This document shows, piece after piece, positions 1-10,052 of a stretch of 64,000 bases of DNA (within the stretch, counting starts at the first letter, position 1; each line of letters starts with the position of its first letter). A program made the translations under genes and the position numbers. Where the stretch lies: positions 15,314,001 through 15,378,000 of the forward strand of contig JBHGNT010000002.1 of assembly GCA_043228905.1 (NCBI GenBank). Direction: 5' to 3'. Under the pieces are notes generated by a model. It saw only the letters and a list, made by a program, of their open reading frames with translations, did no database searches and had not been told where the DNA came from. Source of the DNA: Azolla caroliniana. Lineage: Eukaryota > Plantae > Polypodiophyta.

Positions 1-2352
1 AGTGGCTGGACTGCCAAAACTGAAAAATTGTGAAATGGGAAAGATATGTGAAGCATGTCAATATGGAAAGCAAAATAGGTTGCCATTCCCTCATGAAAGA
101 CATGTAAGTAAAAATTTGTTGGATTTGGTACATACGGATGTATGGGGACCAACTAAGAATGCATCTATCGGTGGCTGCAGATTTTATGTAACTTTTATTG
201 ATGATTGCTCAAGGAAAACATGGGTGTATTTCATGAAAGAGAAAAGTGAAGTGTTTGAATGTTTTCGTAAGTTTAAATGCATGGTAGAAAAGCATGCAGG
301 TACAAGAATAAAATGTTTAAGATCTGATGGAGGAGGAGAGTATTTCTCCAATGAATTTTCTGATTTTCTATGCAATCAAGGAATAAGAAGACAGTTCACA
401 TGTAGATATACTCCACAGCAAAATGGAGTTGTTGAGAGGAAAAACAGAACATTGGTGAACATTGCAAGGGCTTTGATGACAGAGAAGAATATGCCATTGT
501 ACTATTGGGCAGAAGCTGTAAATAAAGCAAATTATATTCTAAATAGATGTATAACATCGGGAGTACATGAAGCAACTCCTGAAGAGTGTTTCTATGGAAG
601 GAAACCTAGTTTAGAACACTTAAAAGTGTTTGGATGCCTTGCATATGTACATGTGCCTGCAGAAGTAAGAAGTAAGCTGGATCCAAAAGCAAAAAAATGT
701 ATTTTTGTTGGCTATTCAGAAGAACAAAAAGGGTATAGATGCTATAACCCTGTAACAAAGAAGATTGTGACAAGTAGGGATGTAATCTTTGATGAGTTAG
801 CAAGCTGGTATAGTCCAAAATAGAATCCAGAGACTGATGAAGACAATGAGATTGAAGATAGAGACAAATCTGAAAATGTAGAAGACTGCCACAGAGATAG
901 AAGCAAGGTTGGACAGCAAAGTCCAACATCAACAGAATGTTCTGGACCATCAAAAAGCTCAGATGGTAAATCTGATTCGAATTCTTGGACTGGAAAAAGT
1001 GGAGGACACAAAAAATGTGATAATAAAAAAGGAAAACAGAAAATGCCAGATTATGAAATGTTGGATGACTTGTCTAAAAACATGGAAGATGAGGATTTAG
1101 ATGTGTCATTGGATGATCTTCTTGGTATAAGAGGATTGAAAATCCCTGGTATGGAAAAAGCATTGAAGGATGCAAATCATAAACTGAAAAGATCAAATAG
1201 AGAGAAAAAAACTATTGACAGATTTGGTTATGATACATATATGGCTATGCATTATGCATATATGTCTAAGGTGGTACAGATCCCTGATCCAAGTAGTTTT
1301 GATGAGGCTAAAACTAAGAAGAAATGGGTGGATGCAATGCAAGAAGAGATTGATGCATTGGCTGAAAACAGAACATGGGATTTGGTGAAGTTACCAAAAG
1401 GAAAAAATGTGGTAGGTTGCAAATGGGTCTACAAGACAAAGCATGATTCCAATGGGAATGTAAGTAAACATAAAGCAAGTTAGGTTGCAAAGGGATATGC
1501 CCAAATGCAAAGAATTGATTATGATGAGACATTTGCACCGATTGCAAAGATGGCAACATTGTGGACATTACTGGCTGTAGGTGTAGCTAGAAGATGGTTT
1601 CTTCATCATATGGATGTAAAAAATGCCTTTTTACATGGTAACTTGGAAGAAGAAGTGTATATGTGTCAACCACCAGGTTTTGAAGATAGGAAGCATTCAG
1701 ATTATGTATGTAAGCTGAAAAAGACTCTCTATGGATTGAAACAGGCACCAAGAACATGGCATAGAGAACTTTCAGATTATCTGAAAAAACTTGACTTCAA
1801 AATGTCAAAGGCTGATTCATCATTGTATGTTAAAAGGAAAGATGATTGTATTGTTGTGATTCTGATTTATGTTGATGATCTCATCATTGGAGGTGATTTC
1901 ATGGATGAGATAAGTAAGCTGAAAAGAAATTTGGAAATGAAATTTCATATGAAAGATTTGGGAGATCTGAGATATTTTTTGGGTATTGAAATCATCAGAT
2001 CTGAAAGTGGTATATGTGTGTTGCAAAGACAATATGCAACAACTATGTTGAAAAAGTATGGTATGCTTGGATGCAAACCTATTGGAGTACCACTAGATAA
2101 AAACTGCAAATTGAGGGTTGATTTGGGAGCCAAAATAGAAGATGTAAACATGTACAGGTCTATGGTGGGCAGCCTTATTTATTTGACCATAACAAGACCT
2201 AATTTGAGTTATGCAGTTGGATTAGTCAGCCAATTTATGCAACAGCCAACAAAGCCGCATTTGGACTGCATTAGAAGAATTCTGAGGTATGTAAAAGCTA
2301 CTCAGAACTATGGATTGTTTTACAGGGCTAATTTGGACATAAATCTGAGGTA
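1..2352 (+). mobile_element. pol: Degenerate Ty1/Copia pol remnant (GAG-pre-integrase, integrase, RT), cut at the RT/RNase H boundary
   Basis: ORF 2-823 has C..CQYGKQ, LVHTDVWGP, RSDGGGEY and TPQQNGVVER. ORFs 1043-1483 and 1505-2374 have TWDLVKLP, MDVKNAFLHG, LYGLKQAPR and YVDD. Integrase precedes RT, which is the Copia order. In-frame stops are present. Confidence 0.95.
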
Positions 2353-2807
2353 TGTGATGCTTATTGGGAAATAAGCTATAGGCTAATTAGCTACTGATAG
2401 CTATTTAGCGATTGACAGCTAATTACCTACTGATAGCTATTTAGTGACTGACAGCTAATTAGCTACTGACAGCTATTTAGCGACTGACAGCTAATTAGCT
2501 GCATACGTAAGTAACTTATTACTTAGGTAGAAAGTAAGAGAGTAGGTAAGTAAGAAATACAGGAAGTAGAACTCTGAGAGAGAGAGTGAGGAAAGAGAGG
2601 AAGAACTCAGAGAGTGAGAGAAAAAGAGAAAAACAAATGAGAGCAAGTAGAGCTCCGCGTGTAATGAAATAGAAGAAGTTTTGGCTGCTACAGAGGTAAG
2701 TCTCCTTCCCCCTTCCCTTCTGTGTTTGAGCACTAAACGATCTAGCACACAACCATCCACCGCGCACATAAGAAGAGCCCGAGTGCCTTCTTCACGTTTT
2801 CTTAACA
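2353..2807 (-). repeat. Orphan LTR-like segment (~455 bp) with internal 17/34-bp tandem repeats
   Basis: Termini are TGTGA...TAACA on the + strand. There is a CT-rich tract on the minus strand and AGCTAATTAGCT/AGCTATTTAG repeats at ~2373-2500. The flanks (aggta / cacac) do not form a TSD. Confidence 0.55.
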
Positions 2808-3372
2808 CACACCCTCCGAGAAGACTTAACTGAGGAATATCATACCTTGGCAGCATCCCACACCGCGGCCATCGAGCAACTCTTAGAGGAATTCAACGAC
2901 GATCGAATGGTGTTTCGCTTAGAAGCCAAAGCGTACGAGGAGGAACGACTCGCTACCAGGATTAACAAAGCTCCCACAACCAACGAGCAAGGACCCGAGC
3001 TACCCACTGCGGCAGCTAGACCGGAGGAACCTGCCCCTACAGACCTCCACATCCCAACCAAGCCACTCACTACGGCACATAGACCAGAGGAACCTGCCCC
3101 TACAGACCTCCACATCCCACCCGAGCCATAGACTACAACCATGACCCTGACTAAATCGTTCCCAACAGAGGAGGGCCCACACGACGACACTGTCATCCCC
3201 GAATCGGCAACGAAACCTCCATCATCAACCCCACCTTCCAAGCCGCCAAACCAACCCCATGCCCCCGAGGATATCCTTGGCATATTGGAAGAGGAATAAA
3301 AAAAACCTATAAGCTCTCATAGGAAGGGGAAATTTTTGTAATTTGTGTTGTTTTGCCAAATCCTTGTGAACC

Positions 3373-3412
3373 GTGGGTCCGGCGGACAAAGTCCTATCCC
3401 ACGGGCGTGCCA
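3373..3412 (+). other. tRNA-Arg 3'-half-like motif in place of a PPT (family B1)
   Basis: GTGGG-tccggcggacaaagtcctat-CCCAC-GGGCGTGCCA, then GG, then the LTR start TGTT. Confidence 0.8.
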
Positions 3413-3414
3413 GG

Positions 3415-3912
3415 TGTTGTCCATGGGACTAAAAGACAAATTAGTTAAATATAATACGCCGGTAGGTAAGGTTAGTATGTGAGGAAGCTAGAGTTTAGGA
3501 AAACACTGAGTTTCAAACCTCACAGTCTGCCGACGGCTCGGTTCTATATGAAGAAAAAGTATGTAAACTGAGGTCTGCATACCTCGACAAGGGGGGAATA
3601 CCTAGATCATTCTGAGCGAAAGTAATACTATAGGAGCAAGCTCTGTACGTACTGTTTCCGGCTGAGGCCGAGTACTGTAATCACTGTAAGATTTATCATG
3701 GAATATAAGTTTCGTCTTTTCTAAACTTCTATCTGTGTATTCTCCCCGTACTCGTAAATCGGACTACGTTCATACTTAACGCGTTGTAGCCCGTGTACGA
3801 TCCTTGTTCTCCTCTCTTTTTCCCCATGTAGAAGAAGCTTCCACGTAACACAATCCCTTGACCCCGATAGCTTGTGGGCTCATCGAAGGTGTTTCCCCAG
3901 AAACGGTTAACA
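3415..3912 (+). repeat. Family B LTR (498 bp)
   Basis: TGTT...AACA termini and a near-identical-length copy at 49513-50009. After 5 nt it is followed by the PBS-like TGGCACGCC (3918-3926). No TSD is available, so the boundaries are inferred. Confidence 0.75.
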
Positions 3913-6365
3913 CAATTTGGCACGCCGGTTTATAGCGGTAAGGTCACAGCAAACTATGTTGGAAGCAAACTCCAGCCACCATTATGGTGCCCCATCACAT
4001 CACGCGGTCTCAACCACCTGCCCGACGCCCTGAGCCAGTCGAACAATCGTTTCCAACAAGCTCTTCAACATACCACGACTTTCTCCATGGGCTCTTTGCA
4101 AAGTTCCCTTCTGTAGGAGGACAATCGTTTCCAACAAGCTCTTCAATGCACGGCCTATTCAAGCTCAGGCCATCTGGCTCTTGAGTGCCCTCATCGGCCA
4201 CACTGCCCAATATGTTAGTCCCGAGCTCACATGATCGAACATTGTGAGTACAACATGCTCAACCGCACAATCACGGCTCTGGTTCGCTAGATCGAGCTGC
4301 GCAATACGTACTCCCGATAGGATGAACATCAATCATACCGACATCTAGCAAACGAGCGACCACGATCCCCAGAACGTCAGTGCCGCGACGACGACTACCA
4401 CCGTGACGACGACTACTGTCGCTACGACGACCGGTACCGCCACGAATCTCGCAGGAGATCAAACGACCGTGACCAGTACCACGACGACCAATATAGAGCG
4501 AATGATGAGTACGATCGGTATGGTGCCGATCAGGAGGACAAATACGATCAACAGTATTCACGAAACGACCGACGGAACTCTTATAAAGTTCCGCGGAACA
4601 ATCGTCGTCAAAATGACAATCGTCGTCGAGACCCCCCTCCTAAAACCCCGCACACCGCGCCACGGGTCAACACGCCTACCCAAGCGCTCGGGAATCAATC
4701 ACAACCCTTCCCACACACTGAGCACGGTGACACAAGCAACTCGGCATTCGTTATCTGCTTTAAGTGTAACCAACCTGGCCACTACGCCACTCAATGCCCA
4801 ACCATAGACCATGGCAAGGCCCTGGCTGTGAATACAATTATGGCCGACATCCAACACGTCACTACACGTAGCAAGACTAACACCAACCAATGGCAAGAAC
4901 AAGATGACATCCGACAAGCGGCCAAGGAATGCATTGAGACCGCCAACAAAAGCAACGTGGCACGGATTCATACAGAGATGCAGGACGTGATCCTCGACAC
5001 ACCACCGTCCACATGACCATCCACCACGGTAGAGGATGACCTTCTATGGGAAGCCCTTACAACCGCTAAGATGTCGCTACCATTACATAAGCTGTAACCA
5101 CTCATGCTGCGCTTTCAGGATACCTTGGCTAAGCTCACGGCTAATGACGAATTTGTCATACCCCCGGTTACCTTACGGAGCCAGGGACAGGCCCACCGCT
5201 CATGGATTCCTAGAATCCATCCGTGAAAATCATGCTTTAGGGACGTGACCTTCATGGGTGCATAATCAACGGTGGCTCCGGTGTGAACGTCATCAGCGAG
5301 GCCACATGTCACACCTTTGGAATAAACCAATGGGAGCCTTGCCCCTTTTGGCTTCGGATGACCGATACACGATTGGTTCGCCCCATCGGATTAATCCGCC
5401 ACCTCAACATTACTCTAGGAGGCCACATGTTCACTATCTCGGCCGTTGTATTACGACTCGAAGCACAGGGCGCCTACCCAATGTTACTTAGCAGACCATG
5501 GTTGCGCACAACAAATATCAAACAGCATTGGCAGCGCAACATGATCTCGTTTCGCCGAGGAAAGACCAAGGTTCGGATCATAACTGAAGAATGCGTAACC
5601 ACGCCCCACAACACCTCTTCCACCTTCCCCAAGCATAACCCTTCATGCACCATGCATGTGTCGCTTTCATTTCGATCATCTTTATGGACAAGACACTTCA
5701 ATCTTCCTTCTTCTGTCAATCCAAGCTTGTCTTTCTTAGGCCTCATCCGAACATCGACTTTGACTATTCCTTGTAGCCCATGCTTCAAGTACATGCTCAC
5801 ATTTAGGCCCTTAGACTACCATATTGGATGTTTTCCGCTTCTTCCTTTTTCATAGTATACTCTCATGTGAGAGTTGACCATTGATGGTTCGATCTTCATA
5901 ATGGTCTCCTCTTTCGAGTTAGATATTGTGATCAAATCCTACGGAATGCCCTTCGAATTCACTTCGTTCGTTTGGCCCTCGTCATGCACTATTGTGCTTT
6001 GTTTGACCTCTTCATCATATGTATTAGCTTTGACTTTCGCTTCCTCACCGCCACCTTCCATCTTTGGTCTTATGTTGGTTCTCGGGCATAATTGCAGAAC
6101 TCTCCGGAACCTGCGTGGAGGGATTCTCATCCTTATCGGCTTTTGCTTTTGTCATCTTGTCCATAGCCATCTCTTTGGCTATCTCTTTGTCGCACGCATC
6201 CGCGTCGGCCCTTGCTTCCTCACCACCATTGTCCTTCTCTTGGGTCTTACATTGGTTAATACCCAAGTCTCTCAAACAAGTGTGGAGGGTGTCATGATAA
6301 CACTCACATCATGCATCGAAAGGAACATGACACTCACATTATGACTCGAAAGGATTTGATTGAAT

Positions 6366-6829
6366 TGTTATTGCTAGGGCCGGACAACAACCTAACACAG
6401 GGTGTCCCCTTAAGACACGTCACCAAAGGGTGGTACAGCAGAATGGCTTACGACACAACGCTTAATTAGACCTTAATCGATTACTTAGCCATTCGTAATT
6501 AACACGCGGAAGATGTAACAATAAATACAGAACGGTAATCAACACTTGAAGATTAATACAATAAGCTTTTATTAATTATCCGCTCCTGATTACATTGTAA
6601 CCGGGCCTTTATATAGGTCTCCGGTGCGAAATACAAAACGGTGCCAACCGGCACCTTTACGGAATCGTTCCGGATCCGGATCGGCATACCGATTCCGGTC
6701 CGTCCGTCAACATCTTCTTATGTAATAATATGTATATATTAAGACTACTAATTACAGTAGTTCCCCAATAACTATTCCTTTCACACTGTGGTTTGGACCT
6801 CCTTAAGCCTTCTTTGCCGGCCGGTAACA
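6366..6829 (-). repeat. A1 3' LTR
   Basis: Direct repeat of 14053-14516 with TGTT...AACA termini. TATATAAA and AATAAA read on the minus strand. Confidence 0.95.
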
Positions 6830-6831
6830 CA

Positions 6832-6871
6832 TGGCACGCCCGTGGGACAGTACCTTGTACGTGGAACCCAC
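6832..6871 (-). other. tRNA-Arg 3'-half-like motif in place of a PPT (A1)
   Basis: The minus strand reads GTGGG-ttccacgtacaaggtactgt-CCCAC-GGGCGTGCCA, then TG, then the LTR start TGTTACC. There is no purine run here. Confidence 0.85.
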
Positions 6872-6879
6872 TATCCGGC

Positions 6880-9800
6880 CCTTTTACGCTTCGTCCAAAA
6901 TGTCCAGAATGCTTTGCTCCAAAATTTCCAATGGCTCGTCGGGAATCTGTTGTTTGCTGTTGTGGTTGTTGTTGTTCCGTTTGTGGCTGTGGCTGCTGCT
7001 CTATTTGTGGCTCTGGCACCGGCATTTCCGTCGTTGGTTCCTCTGTGGGAGTTGTCTGTGGCTGACTGACCCCGGCCTGTTCCCCCTCCGGTCTTTGCAC
7101 TGGCGATGGTTCCTCATCACTAAGGTTGACCGTTGCCGCCTTTCGCGCTTTTTCTTCTCGGAGTCGGGACCGCTCATAGCTTTCGAACTGGATTTGAGCC
7201 TCCAGCCGATCATCGTCCAGTTGAGCTACCAGCTGCCGGACCTGCACCAATTGTTCATGCGCCAGGGCTATGAAATCTTCCGCCAGCTCATTCCTAATGG
7301 TGGTGAAGTCCTCCGAGGTCAGCATATAGCAGTCGTCGCCCTCCTTTCGCCGGTTTTCAACGTCCGCCCTAAGCAATTGGAGTTCCGCGGTATTCTGCGC
7401 CCATTTTGCCCACCAACGCACAGAGCTGTCATCAATTAAGCTTTTGGTTTTAGTGAGCCATGACCGGAGGATGCACTGGATCCGTTCGGCTCCCATCTGT
7501 GATTTATTTTCCGCGGCTTGTCGCTCTTCCTTCAACTACTTGATGATCCGAACCGTGTCCGCCTCCTGCTCCCTATAATGCGACAATTGAGTTTGATAGG
7601 TTGTTTGCAACCTCTGTAGTACCATTGACGCTCTTTCCTTGTCTTCATGGTTCTGTTTGTGGAGCTCCATCTGGTCATTCACCGCTTCCTCCAATAGCCT
7701 GGAACTTTCTGCTCGTTCTTCGGCAAGTGCCGTTGTGGCCCTATCAACCTCTTGTCGGAGCTCGGCCATCCGTTCCTATTGTTGCTGATGCTCCGTCTCC
7801 AGCTGCTTGTAGTCCCGATGCAGATGATCGAAATCATCGGTCTCTTGCTTCAGCCTTTGGTTTATCTGATGGCGCACGCGGTCCTCCTAGTCCTTCTGTT
7901 GCCGGAGCTCTTCCTTCAGCTGCTCGATTTCCGTTTCCGCCATCCGTCGCAGCTTGTCTTTTTCCTGCAACACTCTCTCTTTTTCCTCCTTCATCCGGTC
8001 GTAAGCATGATGTCCTTTACGCAGGTTTTCCTCTGCATGGCGAAGGTTCTCAACAATCATTCTTAATTCTTCTTCGGCCGCCTTCTTCAAGTCGTGTTCG
8101 CGGCTCCGTAACGCTTCTTGTGCGGCAAGCTCATCTCGTAATTCTGCAAGTTCTTGGGCTTGCGCCGCATGTTTCTCTGGGACTGTTTGTGTCTCCGGGG
8201 TCTTATTCTTCTGTACATCAACCGGAGTCACCGGTGCTTGGATCTGCATTGCAGTTAAGGCCATTTTGGCCATATCTCCTGTGATCCGATCCAAGTCTTG
8301 TTCGAGGCACCGGATCCTTGACCGGGCTGTCTCCAGTTCATCGGTTGTGACGAGCAACCGTTCCGTTTGCGCTCTTCCCTCCGCCTCTATGCATCCGACT
8401 ACTCCGGTAATTTGGTCTCCTATCCACCGTAGCCATTGGCTGCCGGTGCACTGTTGTTGTGCTTGCACGGAGAGTTGGCTGATGGGTTCACTCACCGGTG
8501 GCTGGTCCCACCTTTCTGCGTCAAGCTGCGCTTCTGGTTTTGCCAGCTGACCACTTTGCCGTTCCGGCTCTGAGTGTGTTTCGGCCAGTCGCCCCTTGTC
8601 TGCTTGTTCTTGGCCAGCTGGGGCGGTTGGCCTTTGTATCTCCGGCTCTTGGGTGACGGGGCTTGCCGGGACTTCTGTGACCGGTTCCATCCGAAGCGGT
8701 TTTGGTGCCTCCCTTAGCGTGGGTTGCTCATCGTGAGTTGCGGGTGTTCCATCCTTCTGTGGGTCTGAACGCTTCCCGGCTGATTCTGCGGTGCTCTTCA
8801 CCGGCCGCCGTTGAGGTGCTCCGTGGGTTCTTCCTCCATCTCTTCCGCCTGAGTCCCGACATTCATTCTTGCCGCCAAGGTGTCCATTTCCTATTGCCCT
8901 GGTCGGTGGAGTGGGCTCTTCAAGGCCCGTGTCGGTATCTCCTCGTGCGTGTCCGTCAGTCACTTTTGGCTGGCGTGCTCCTTCACCGCCTTCTCTGCTT
9001 CGACAATCTTCCCCTTAGTGGCCTTGGAGGCCAACAGTTGTTGCCGTTTCGAAGCAGGTTTCGGGGTGCCGTCCGTTGCTCTTCCCCGCTTCTTGGTTTG
9101 GACGGGCTCAACCAGTGGCGCCAATAGGGTGAGCCATTGTGTCACCGCGTGCCATATCAATGGTCGTACACAGCCCGTCGGCGATCAACACCGGCCAATC
9201 TACCTTGACCCCTTGGTACGTTGCGATGATCAAGCCTGCTCGGTTCTGAGGCATGATGGGGGGTCGAGGGTACACGTGGCCGAACTCGTGGAGCACACGG
9301 GCAATTTCCCGGAATAGCATATCTTCACCGCCCTGTGTCCTATAGCCCTTGCTGGCTAGAGAGTACTCACCGAAATATTTGATGAGTTGCTCGGGGGTAG
9401 GATTGTCGATCGTGTAGATACCTCCCTCCGGAAGGCCTATTAACGCATGGATCGCCTCCTCCGTGATCACCTCCGTGTCGATTTCTTTTATAATCTTCTC
9501 GGCCTCCTTGTGTGGCGCTGCCTCCATGATCGTTAAGAAACCCTCCAGACAGTGCTGCCGTAACCATTTCTTGGCGGCTTCAGACAGCGTTTGGCAGTCC
9601 ATCTCTGCGTTGAGGTCAGAGAGCGTTGGAGAGGTGTGATGGTGGGGAGAATGTGAGAGAGAAAGTTCTGAGGGAGGGGGTTCTCTGTGTGCGAGCTCTC
9701 TACGATTTATCTTCACGCGTCGCTCTGCGTCTGTTCTCCTTGGTTCGCGATAGGAGAAGGTCTCGATGCGTGGGGGTTTTTCTCTCTGCATCTTGGCGCC

Positions 9801-9968
9801 TTTTTCGAGCCTCCGCATGTGCAAGTCGTGTACTATAATGGCATTGCATGCCATGTGGCAGTGGTTTAATGTCCTATTCATAGCTCCTTGTACCTTTTCG
9901 ACGTGCCTCTTTACTCCTCGTGTGCATGGCCGTTTCCACCACTCTTTTCCATGATTTATTTGATTCAC
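6880..9968 (-). pseudogene. Family A extra 3' ORF (globular N-terminal domain plus long coiled-coil), disrupted
   Basis: Consecutive same-strand ORF pieces 9108-9968, 8960-9160, 7887-8963, 7536-7769 and 6657-7535. They are conserved in A2 (37192-40318) and are E/Q/K/R-rich with a heptad-like pattern. Confidence 0.75.
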
Positions 9969-10052
9969 TCCTTTATTCTCTCTTTTTTTTTCCTTTTTTC
10001 TTTTTTCTTTTTTTCTTTTTTTTTTCTTTTTTTTTTTAACTTACTTGTGTGG

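Larger units (their letters stand above)
2808..5611 (+). mobile_element. Gypsy family B remnant (B1): 3' extra-ORF tail, LTR, PBS, deleted gag, protease
   Basis: Homologous to 48605-52307. It has a Pro-rich EEPAPTDLHIP repeat ORF, a zinc-knuckle remnant (~4750-4800) and a protease region (…GSGVNVIS…YPMLLSRPWL) similar to family A. Confidence 0.85.

Noticed and set aside
2373-2500. Regular short repeats resembling a CRISPR array
   Set aside because: The units are contiguous with no unique spacers, there are no cas genes, and the context is a eukaryotic LTR.
3589-3598. AAGGGGGGAA as the PPT of family B
   Set aside because: It is followed by TACCTAG rather than TG and lies ~175 bp inside the TGTT...AACA unit. 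The TSD-defined family A places the LTR edge 2 nt after the tRNA-like motif. B boundaries remain unconfirmed by a TSD.
5874-6344. 156-aa hydrophobic ORF conserved at 54940-55410, and many similar short or antisense ORFs in the track
   Set aside because: Conservation is explained by the recent duplication. These ORFs are shadows of TE sequence or microsatellites with no family motifs.
6832-6910. A complete tRNA gene, SINE or hammerhead ribozyme at the 3' motif
   Set aside because: No 5' acceptor strand, D-arm/A-box or anticodon arm is visible upstream, and there is no CUGANGA/GAAA core.
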